Shown here in pieces: positions 9,701 through 19,360 of a DNA stretch of 34,972 nt. How positions within the stretch are numbered: the stretch's first letter is position 1; every line of letters starts with the position of its first letter. The notes under the pieces are model-generated. The model was given only the letters and a program-made list of their open reading frames with translations. It was not told the origin of the DNA and did not search any database. Both the position numbers and the translations under genes were made by a program. The stretch lies in assembly GCA_030167865.1 (NCBI GenBank), contig JALAGF010005513.1, positions 1 to 34,972 on the forward strand, in the 5' to 3' direction. This DNA is from Craspedostauros australis (Eukaryota).

Positions 9701-12700
9701 GGCTTTTTCTGGCCCAATCGATGGCACCGATCCTGGGCCTGCAGATCCTGCTGAGGATTCCAATCACTGTCGTAGAGGATGCACGTGTCCGCTGTTTGAA
9801 GATTGATTCCGAGGCCACCAGCTCGCGTTGAGAGGATGAAGCAGAACTTTTCGCTGTTCGGGGCATTGAATGCGTCGATCGACCCTTCTCTGTCCTCGTA
9901 GTTGGTGTTTCCGTCGATGCGACAATATTGATACTCTCTCATCACCATGAAATCCTCGAGGATATCCAAGATCCTGGTCATCTGCGTGAAGATGAGGACC
10001 CGAGATCCGCGTTCTTTGAGCTTCTTCATGAGCTTATCCACCATAAAGAGCTTCCCGCAGTTCTCAACGAGATGCTCTCCCAAAGGATCCAACGTCCGGT
10101 CCTCCACGCCTTCGAACAGGTAGGGGTGGCCACAACACTTCCGAAGCTGCATCACGATGTTGAGCACGGCAGTCCGGTTTTTCCCAGAGTTCGGGCCAGC
10201 AATACTTTCCAAATCACGCAGGAGCAGCTTCTTGTAAAGCTGTTTTTGCATCTTGGACATTCCCACCATGATGATTGTTTCAGTTTTCGGTGGCAAGCCT
10301 TTCGCCACATCGGCCTTCAAGCGCCGGAGCATGAATGGGCGCAAGATCTTGTGAAGTTGCGAGATCATGTTCTTTTTGGCCTCCTCGTCGTCAATTTCCA
10401 AATCGAACCACTCATCAAACTGCTCTGCTGACGAAAAGATGTCGGGCAGCAGAAAGTTTAGCAAGGCCCATAGCTGTTAAGGAGACGTATCGATAGATGC
10501 AGAGAACGTAGAGCGGGGGGTGAACAGGTGGAGTAGAGAGAGATGAGGTGCCCGATCGAGGTATGGACAGGTCAGTATTGTGAGGGGGGCGAGGATTGAC
10601 ATGTGCACCGATTCGCCCTTTTTGGCAAAAGAGATAAAGGCTGGCCTCCAATGAGCACACCTGTGACCGTCGGAGGCGGGTAGATTTGACCTACGAGTAT
10701 GCATCGAATGTTGACAGGAGGCGATCGTAGACAATCAGGATACTACAGTAGGCCTCGTGTTTGGCTCACCTCTCGCAAGTTGTTCTGGAGCGGAGTTCTG
10801 AGTGGTGCGGGTGTCGGTGCCGTCGCCGTTGTGTTTGATCGTTCGTTTGTTGATTGTTTGTGAATTACGTGTTGGGGTGTGGCAGAAGTATGGCATGGTG
10901 CAAGTATGGCAGTGCAGTACAGATCAAAACGGACATCAAGTTAGTGCGGGCATCAAGGTTCTGCGGACAACAAATCTGCGATACCCATTGCCACACTGGG
11001 AAAAGTCACGCTCCTCATTTCACAGTTTGCGCTTATCGCATGTTTTTCGGTACCCATACACTCCGCCTTCTCAACCAGCAAGGTTGCGCGAACTCACCCG
11101 GTCAGCAGGAGCCGATTGAACGTCCTAAAACTGCGGACGGTTTGGCTGAACATGCTTGCATCGTTTTTCAGACGGTGCGCCTCGTCGATGATGAGATACT
11201 TCCACGCGAACTTCTGGAGGGTCTTTTTCTCGGCATTGCAAACTTCGTACGTCGTGACGCATACATCCCAAGGTCTTGGGTTGTTCGAGTTATCGTCCAC
11301 GAGTTCGCCTTTTTCATTCATGACCTGTCTCTCGGGGCGTTTACCGTCGTGTGCGGCGGCATCGTTGTTGAAACCATTTTCAACCATGATCTCGCGGTCC
11401 TCTCGTTTGCCGTGAAAGCGGATAATGCGGAGGCTGGGACACCATCGCTTGAATTCGTTCATCCAATTCGACAGGGTAGATTTGGGAACACAGACGAGAT
11501 GAGGGCCCTGGATCTTCAAATAGTCGTAGTGGTACGCCAGAATGGATATGCTTTGCAGTGTCTTTCCCAATCCCATCTCATCCGCCAGAATCCCATTGAG
11601 CCCCTTCTCTGCCAAGTGGATCATCCAGTTGAGGGATTCTAACTGGTAGGGTTTCAGTTGCCCGAACTTGATGGAGTTTGGTTGTTTGGTCAAAAAGACG
11701 TGCTGCTCAGTCTCGGCATCGCCATCCTCTTCGTCGCCTTCTTCGTCTGAGTTGCTCGAGTGCACATGATGCGGCTTTTTCTCGGTCTTCTTGGATCTGC
11801 TGGATTTGCGTTTCGCATCACTCTCGGGCTCCGGTGGTGCTTCCTCGTCATTCTGTTGGTTTGGGGAAGATTTGTTCCCGTATTGCCAGTTTGGTTACAG
11901 TGAGAGGTTAGTGAGAGGTTAGTGAGAGGTTAGTGATAGGATAAGAGTCATCGCATCGTGGCATTATCGGTATCGACGTCGATGTGGGTGTTAGTGCGAG
12001 TGCGAGTGATATCGACCTAGCGAAGAGGTGCAACCGATGCAACCGATGCAACCGACGCAACCCGGCCGATCCATCATGGTCCGAGATGAAGTTACTGCTG
12101 CAGGATATTGGTACCATGCACAAACCAAGATGCTGCAAGTTCTCATGACATATCGCAGCAGTTCGGAACACTCACCAGCCCTCCTTTTCCTGTCTTAAGC
12201 TTCGAGAAGATAGAGCTTTGTTTGAAGAGATAGTCCAGACGGTTTGCTGCTTTCTTCTGCTCCTCCTTGTCCAGCTTCTTGTGCTGCTTGTTGACGGCAT
12301 TTTCTTCTTCCATCCGCTTTCTCTGCCGTGCTTCGGTTTCCTTCCGCTTGAGGTCTTTGACTCGCTGTCTTGCGGCGAGCTTCTCCTCGTCCATACCAGC
12401 CTCGCGTTGAGCCTGGCGGCGTCGGCGTTGCTCGTCACGGGCCCCTCTCTCTGCATCCACCCTCTGCCTGGCCCCTCTGCTTCTTGTGCCTTCGCCTTCT
12501 TGCACCGTCAAGGCCTTTCTGCGAGCCTCTTGAACCTTGAGCCGCTCCTCATCCGCCAGCGCTGATTCCTTCTCGAAGCGTTCTCTGTCCTTCATTTCCA
12601 GGTCCACGTACTTCTGCCTTGCTGTGTCATCCATGCTTTTCCATCGCGAGGAGAGCTGTGGTTGGGCGAGTGGGGTAACGTCGAGTAGATAGAGCGTGTT

Positions 12701-13238
12701 GGTAGCAATGGAGTGGAGCACGCGTCCAGTTGCATGTCGCGGAGATTGGTAGAGTAGATCGGGTGAAACAGAATGGGATTGTACCGTGCACAGCAGCATT
12801 TCATTTTGAAGATGACAATGTGCGCACGTATGCGCATGTGTATGTGCGCGTAGGTGACATTGTGAGGAAATGCGGGTATGAGTTCGGGCATGAGTACCTG
12901 CAGCCGTCGCTTCATTCGTTTGGACCAGGTGCGCTGCAGCAATCTCCACGCAACCCGATCGCCCTGGTCCCCGGGTGGTCGACACATCAACGAAGGCATC
13001 AGTCTGCATCAGACTGCATCAATCTGCACCAGTTTACACTGCTCTGCTCTGCTCTGCACGGCTTGGGCTTTCATCAGGGTGGTGATTCGACGTTCTCTTC
13101 CGTTCGATTTTGGTTGCATCAACTCACCTCTACCATCGCATCCCCCATCGTCAATCCCATCTGTTTTCGGATCAAGGCCAGCATTTCTGTTTGAAAGAAC
13201 AGGAAGGCAGTCCTGGCTTTCTTCACTTGCGGAGCCAT
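6747..13238 (-). CDS. ISWI: ISWI-family SNF2 chromatin-remodelling ATPase with N-terminal HMG box and extended C-terminus (~1594 aa, 6 exons)
   Basis: Exons 13238-13128, 12655-12176, 11852-11098, 10797-10770, 10473-8206 and 7889-6747, all GT-AG and frame-consistent (4785 nt). Helicase motifs: GILADEMGLGKT, DEAH, LLLTG|TPLQNNLRE|LWALLNFL, STRAGGLGINL, QAQDRCHRLGQ. HAND/SANT/SLIDE-like segments: GFGSWSRSQY..FVKACAKFGRED and EQDRALLCAVDKVGYGNWD. Confidence 0.92.
11900..11936 (-). repeat. 11-bp tandem repeat (GTGAGAGGTTA)x3 in ISWI intron 2; on the sense strand each unit contains CACTAAC
   Basis: Seen directly. Lies ~50-80 nt upstream of the acceptor at 11853. Confidence 0.85.
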
Positions 13239-14438
13239 GGTGCCTGCCTGGCTGTCGGTGTTTCAGCGGACACTCGTGTTGTGACAGGTATGCCTCGTGT
13301 TGTCTCCGAGGACCACGTCTCTGCGTTTGTTATGCGTCTCTCTCACGGTTCTGATCTGGTCGGATCGGATCTGATCTCTTTGCGCTCGTGCTCAGGTTCC
13401 ATGTGCCAGTGCGAATGTGTGCAGAGTGCTGGTCGTAATCCTCGTATAATACCTGCATCTTTCCATGCACACTCGCACGAGGTATGTGCTCTGCCTGCAG
13501 CTGTCCATGGCGCTGGCCTTCCTCCTCTTCTTGTTTCTTCGCGGATTGCGCTTTCTTTTGTTGGATTGCGTGGTGTTGCTGGGATTTGATTTGAACGAGA
13601 TTTGATTTGAACGGGATTCGATCCACCAAACCATGCACGTGAATCAGATCACACCCGCCGCGCAGTAGCGGGACCAACACAACAAAACTCAGAGTCTCCC
13701 TTGACTTCCACCAACACAAAAAGTCATCATCACTGATACGAGTGGCGAGTCCAACCTGCCCCGCACAGACAGACACGAACACTCCTCCGCAAAAGACAAG
13801 GCACAGGTGACACAACACCAGGCCTCCGTTTCGCGATCAGGAAGACCAACATTGCCACTTCGACAGACCCAAGCATTCAAGGACTCGAACTAATACGTGC
13901 ATATACTCGTTGGTTCCGTCGATCGCCACCACATTCAGCGCAGCAGAGGTACCTTCATACGAGCATCAAGTATTATATCACATAATATCACATAATAGAA
14001 TAGTATCGCATAGCAACAACAATAACGGTGGAGGTGAATGGCGAAGGGCGAACGGCGAATGTCAAAACACCACTTCCCAACAAACATCCGAGAGCACAGA
14101 ACCTTTCATCGAAGCAGTTGCGATCATTGCGTGAGGACCGAGATCAGTTGGTGCTATCGTACACGACCATACTACCATAGAGTAGAGTGCTCCACATCAC
14201 ACCACGCCACACCACACGATCATACTCGAACAATAGACGCCAGCACAAACGGAGACCGTCCTGACAGAACGGTGGAATCGGAGTGACTCGGATACTCGTG
14301 CATTCTCCTCTGCTCTACCGTACTCGTACGCACACGCACGCACGTCGTCATCCTGCTGCACGGAACAATCGTCCACCAAGGCGACTCACGTCAAACAACC
14401 AACGCCAAGCAGCCAGCAGCAACAAGTAGACGTCCACC

Positions 14439-17400
14439 ATGAATTCTCAGCCCAAGATCGTCAAGATCTTGACGCCCCCGCCCATCTCACCCGGCAACCT
14501 GATCGCGTCCTCGTCGATGCAAAACGTGGCCCAGAATGCGCTGACGGTGCAAATGACCCGGTCAGATCCATCGGCGGCAATGCGATCTGTTCCGCAAAAG
14601 ACCACCCTCACCACCACCCATCCGGCTCAACCGCTGCTGGCGTACCTGGTCACACCCGATCTGCCCGACAAAAAAGCAGGCTTCCCAACCAATATAGTTG
14701 TGCAACATCTCAAAACGAAGCAGATCATGTGGACCATGTCCGTGGGCGAACTTGCTGCCTCACTCTTCGACCTCGACGTCCTCTCGAGACACTCAGTCCC
14801 CAGGCAAAATAAAGCCGTCAAGGATCTGGGGCAAGTGTACAGACTCGACTTTTTCGATCAGTCGACGCTTTACTGGAGCGGATTTTCGGGGGAGAGCGCA
14901 ACCAGCGCAACATCTCAGTCGTCTCTGTCACCGGGAGCATCCACAGCAAGTCCCAAAAGGTGGCAATATCTGTTCGTGCAGTTCACCAGCCGGATCCTCG
15001 TCGTGAACTTGCGGACAGGTCCGTCGCAAGTATCCGGCACAAGATCTGCCTTGCAGACTGGTAGCAACGCGCAGATCGTGGCCCGAATCAGCCAAGAATC
15101 TGTCGGCGTGGTCATCTCGTCCAACGCCGTGCCGATCGCGATGCACGTAGTCCTAGTGGGCACAGTCGATGGATCGATCAGCGCGTATGATTGGAAGAAA
15201 GGCAAGGCGGTCAAGATCTTCAAACTTTGCAACAAGAATGACTACGTGTGTCACATATGTGCAACGAACCCCTTCCCCAACCAGCAAGCGAGCACATCGC
15301 CGCTGAACGGAAGTACCTCGACAACAAAGTCTGTGTCGGCGACGAAAGGAACGCACAAGAAGAGGGTGGTCGCCATGACGAAGAAAGGCGTCGCATACGT
15401 GGTTGAATTGCAGATCGATTCGGCGGGGGAAACAGTGAAGGAAATTATGGCTCCGAAGGCACGTTTGGATGGCGGAGCTGTTCCTGTGAGTGTCTACAAA
15501 TGGGACGAAGAAGCATCGTCCTTGGAACACATATTCTGCAGGTACGACCCGCTGCGAGATTTGTTCATGTGGTGCTATCCATCAAAAACGAAAGCGAAGC
15601 TCATGCTGTGGGATTTGGGACAGCTTCCGGCACCGGATTCGCGACAACGCAAGAAAGGAGAACCCGCACGGCCCGAACCTTCGCTGGTGATGCAGTTTCC
15701 GTACGAGACATCGCACACCATCTTTCCTGGCTGGACGCACGAAAGCACGCCCATGGATAGCATCATGTGCGTCGCTGTGACGAAGGAAGGGGACTTTCAG
15801 ATGTTGATGGCACCGTTGCACAACTCTGGATCCACCATGAAGAATCCATTCGCGGCCTACACCATCCACTCCGTGCACCTGGCCCAAATACTTCAGCGCG
15901 ATCTGCACGGTGCGGACGAACTCCCCTCCATCCGTGTCCAATCAGTCATGTGCCCATACTTGAGAGATTCATCCATCTTCTTCATCGGCACAAATGTTGG
16001 CATCCTCATGCTGCAAATGAAGGATGGAAACCTGGTCTCATTTCCTGGATCTACCCATGCTCATTTGACTGCCAACGTGGGGTCGATGGGACGGTCCATG
16101 ATCACGGCTCGGAATTCCGAGATCTTGTACGGCGCGCTCGATAGCGCCTTCGAGGCGAACGCCGTAAATCCTGTTGGACCGATGGTCGCCAGGAACCCAC
16201 TTGTCGTTTACGAATCGCCGCCGCCGCTCCATCTGCCTCCCGAGATACACAAGCGCCCCGTGAGGTTGCCTCCGAGCTTCCTGCCATCGCCATCCCGGAA
16301 CTACATCTGCTGCTTTTGGAAAGAGGAGATGAGGTACGAGATCCTGCACGTTCCAACGCTGTTCCAGAAGGTCTCCTCCAGAACAGACTCGTTGCTCGGT
16401 GCATCACCAGTGATTGCCAGCGGGACTGGGGTCTCGTCGATAGCGTGGATCGGCGACGACGATGTCTTCGCTCTCTTGTACAACCCAGAACAGGACCTGG
16501 CGTTGAAGGTGGGAATTGACTTGAGCGCGCCGACGTTGTCGCTTGGCAAAGAACTGGCCAGCGCGGCATCCAAGATCACTGACATCAAAAGGCTCCGCGA
16601 CTTGTCCAAACTGAAGGAACTGGCAAGCATGAAAGCAGTCAAGTCATCTGCGAATGCTGTCGTGGGCACGGCGAGCAAGCTGAAGAGCTTGGAAGGGCTG
16701 AGGGAGATCGCCAACACCGCGTCCAAAGCGACTGTGGGAACGGTGCGCGGGACCGTGAAGGGGGCGACAAAGGTGACTGTCGGGACAGCAAAGCTCACAT
16801 CGAAGGTCGCCGTCGGCACAGTCAGGGGGACCGTGAAGGGAACAGCCAAGGTGGCCGTTGGCACGATGAGAGGAGCAAAGGTGACGATGGGGACGGGCAA
16901 GTCAAGAGGCAAATTTGGAGGTGATGGCGCAGGCAAAGGCGTTGGTTCTGCGGGGAAGGCTGGGAAGGTGACCATCGGAGGTGCTGCCAGTATTGCCAGC
17001 TTCGGCCTTCTCGGAAAGCGGAGGCAACAGGCGCAGCAGCAGGCACAGACTTCGCTGGCGCAGGCCAGATCTGAGGATGACGACGACAATGGCCAACAGG
17101 GCAAGGCCGCAGCACTATCGGCGCAGTCCATGATGGCACCGGGCAACCTGGATGGCACGACGACAGAAAAGGGCTCGTCAGAGAAGATGGAAAGGAAGCA
17201 CCCATGGGTCGAGATCCGAGCATTGATTGGTGCGGCAGAGAATGGGGCGGATCTTGCGGCGACGACGGTGTCAAACCTGGGTGAGCTCCCGCTCCGAACG
17301 GGGAATCGGAACCCACCCACAATCGTCTTCGGCGGTCCTGTCCTGTGCGTTGCGAGCAAGGTCGATGATGACGATGAAGGCTTGGCGTACTTCTACACGC

Positions 17401-18506
17401 GCAAACGCGGTCAGGAAGGAGATCGCGCGGACTCTTACATCAGCTCCGGGCCAGCATTCCCGTGCCCCGATGTCGTGGCGTGGGACGAGGATGGGCGGTT
17501 GTGCGCCGTTGCAATTCAAACGCAGATCGCGTTCTATCTGTCTGAGGAGTCCGAGTTCGTTTTTCTGGGCACAGCCAGACTGGGATCACCGGCGGACCTT
17601 GACGCGCAAGTTGTCAGCGTGAGCTTTGTGCATGGGACAGTGTTTTGCACGACGCGGTCGGCTGTGTACTGTGTGTTCCTGGGCGATCTGGATGGTGGGG
17701 TGTGCTGCATCGACACCTACAAGCTGGCATCCACCGAGGTGGATGCTCTGCCCGTGTCAGCCACCCGCAATGAGCACAGCTCGTTGACTCCCGTGACCCT
17801 CCCAATGCCATTGGCCTGTCCGGTTGTGATGGGTTATCAGAGCGGCAGTCTCCTTGTGTCCACCATCTCTGGCGTGCAAGCGATTCCGCTGGATCATCCG
17901 ATTCTGCGCATCGGTGGGCTGATCGCTGCCGGGCACCATGCGAGAGCTGAGAGGTGGTTCGAGGCGGTGCCGCCTTCGGGTCACGAAGCGTTGGCATGCT
18001 TCTTGGAGCGCCGTGGAGTTCCTGAGATGTGCCTGGCGTTGTCGGGTCTGTCGTTGGAGACGACCATCGACATGTGCATGAGGCTTGGATACGTGGATCG
18101 GCTGGAGGAAGCCGTGGATCTTTACGGGCTCGAAGGGATTCGTTCTGTCGACATGGGAAGGGGGGTCTCGTGCAACACGTTCGGGCAGGAAGATCACGCT
18201 GTGAGCCTGGTGATTTCTGTCGGCGCCTACTTGCTCGCGCATGGAAAAGTGGAGCTTGTCCGGCGCCTGGCTTCAGAGTGCCTCTCCTCCGGCGAGTCGG
18301 GGCGCCGAGATGGCTTGATGTTGGCAGGCCTGCTGCTGTCGCTCGCTGATGGCAACGACTCCAGAAAGGTGATTCAAAGGGCCGTCGATGGACCGATTGA
18401 TCGCATCGTCGAGGGGATGGTCGGAGCGCAGACTGACGATTGGTTGGTAGGGCAGTACGTCCGGGATCATGTCCTTGCGAAGGATTCCATTGGCAGGTCA
18501 CGATAA
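14439..18506 (+). CDS. Large WD40 beta-propeller plus alpha-solenoid protein, 1355 aa; likely TSET/TPLATE complex TWD40-2/TTRAY (tstF)-like subunit
   Basis: Uninterrupted 4068-nt ORF. WD-like blades (HPAQPLLAY, VLVGTVDGSISAYDW, SSIAWIGDDDVFALL, VVAWDEDGRLCAV). The C-terminal HPILRIGGLIAAG..AERW..HEALACFLERRG..E.CLALSGLS matches my recollection of the plant TWD40-2 motif. The CDS is confident; the orthology is moderate. Confidence 0.7.
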   Translation: MNSQPKIVKILTPPPISPGNLIASSSMQNVAQNALTVQMTRSDPSAAMRSVPQKTTLTTTHPAQPLLAYLVTPDLPDKKAGFPTNIVVQHLKTKQIMWTMSVGELAASLFDLDVLSRHSVPRQNKAVKDLGQVYRLDFFDQSTLYWSGFSGESATSATSQSSLSPGASTASPKRWQYLFVQFTSRILVVNLRTGPSQVSGTRSALQTGSNAQIVARISQESVGVVISSNAVPIAMHVVLVGTVDGSISAYDWKKGKAVKIFKLCNKNDYVCHICATNPFPNQQASTSPLNGSTSTTKSVSATKGTHKKRVVAMTKKGVAYVVELQIDSAGETVKEIMAPKARLDGGAVPVSVYKWDEEASSLEHIFCRYDPLRDLFMWCYPSKTKAKLMLWDLGQLPAPDSRQRKKGEPARPEPSLVMQFPYETSHTIFPGWTHESTPMDSIMCVAVTKEGDFQMLMAPLHNSGSTMKNPFAAYTIHSVHLAQILQRDLHGADELPSIRVQSVMCPYLRDSSIFFIGTNVGILMLQMKDGNLVSFPGSTHAHLTANVGSMGRSMITARNSEILYGALDSAFEANAVNPVGPMVARNPLVVYESPPPLHLPPEIHKRPVRLPPSFLPSPSRNYICCFWKEEMRYEILHVPTLFQKVSSRTDSLLGASPVIASGTGVSSIAWIGDDDVFALLYNPEQDLALKVGIDLSAPTLSLGKELASAASKITDIKRLRDLSKLKELASMKAVKSSANAVVGTASKLKSLEGLREIANTASKATVGTVRGTVKGATKVTVGTAKLTSKVAVGTVRGTVKGTAKVAVGTMRGAKVTMGTGKSRGKFGGDGAGKGVGSAGKAGKVTIGGAASIASFGLLGKRRQQAQQQAQTSLAQARSEDDDDNGQQGKAAALSAQSMMAPGNLDGTTTEKGSSEKMERKHPWVEIRALIGAAENGADLAATTVSNLGELPLRTGNRNPPTIVFGGPVLCVASKVDDDDEGLAYFYTRKRGQEGDRADSYISSGPAFPCPDVVAWDEDGRLCAVAIQTQIAFYLSEESEFVFLGTARLGSPADLDAQVVSVSFVHGTVFCTTRSAVYCVFLGDLDGGVCCIDTYKLASTEVDALPVSATRNEHSSLTPVTLPMPLACPVVMGYQSGSLLVSTISGVQAIPLDHPILRIGGLIAAGHHARAERWFEAVPPSGHEALACFLERRGVPEMCLALSGLSLETTIDMCMRLGYVDRLEEAVDLYGLEGIRSVDMGRGVSCNTFGQEDHAVSLVISVGAYLLAHGKVELVRRLASECLSSGESGRRDGLMLAGLLLSLADGNDSRKVIQRAVDGPIDRIVEGMVGAQTDDWLVGQYVRDHVLAKDSIGRSR

Positions 18507-19360
18507 CAGCAATATACCATATGGCATACTGCGTGCATACATACTATACACGTACTAGTACTCGTAGAGTGTGTGCGCGGGAGTGATTAACGTAGCTTGT
18601 ATCATGCATACGACTACCTCCGAGTACAGATGCCCCTCGTAGAGCAGTGACCAACAGCGAATGGATCGTGGGGTCGTTTGTTGGTGTCACCTCTTGGGAG
18701 GATCTGCTGCCCGCAATCAACGCCAACGGCAGGTATGGCCATCGTCATCGCCAGGTTTCGCTTTCGCCGCAGGGCGGGAGAGAGTCGCGATGGGTCACGA
18801 AAGAATGATGCTGGTGGAGTGCACCTTTCTGTTGAGGATGGCGAGTTGCGAAACTGGTGTCTGAGTTCCTGCCCTTCTGAACCTGCAGGAACAGCTATCA
18901 CGCAGCGGACACTGCTGCATGTCAGAGAAGAACAGAGCAGAAAGAGAGTCTGTTGTGGGGACACGATACTCCATCGGAGTGTTGGTATCACCCTGCCACA
19001 GAGTAGGTTGTACGGCAGCGTTGCACCGATACTTGTAGTCGTGCGGTACCTGGGACTTGCAGGCAACAACCAGAAGGCAGGGATGACCTCAAGCGGCGGC
19101 GCAGCAATCGCATTGGCCCCACAGATAGCTCGTATGTACCACTAATCCCATACACGTAATTGGCCGCACTTCGCTCCGCGGCTGGATCGCGCTGGTGATA
19201 ATTAACTATGGCTAGAGACGTGGTTTACATGTAAATGTGCCGGATGCGTGGTTTGACGAGACGCAGGCGAAGCCGATCGACTTCTGTTGCAGCAGGGTGC
19301 GCCGGCGACCAGCCAGACAGGCGCATGGGCCGGATGCGGAAGCGCTGTGGCGATTGGCGC

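Noticed and set aside
6747..13009. Four separate genes as listed in the ORF track (405, 775, 223 and 288 aa)
   Set aside because: They join through canonical, frame-consistent splice sites into one ISWI gene.
16301..17359. 352-aa minus-strand ORF
   Set aside because: Antisense to the low-complexity part of the 1355-aa gene.
18614..19145. Overlapping ~150-aa ORFs between convergent genes
   Set aside because: No motifs; probably 3' UTR or intergenic sequence.
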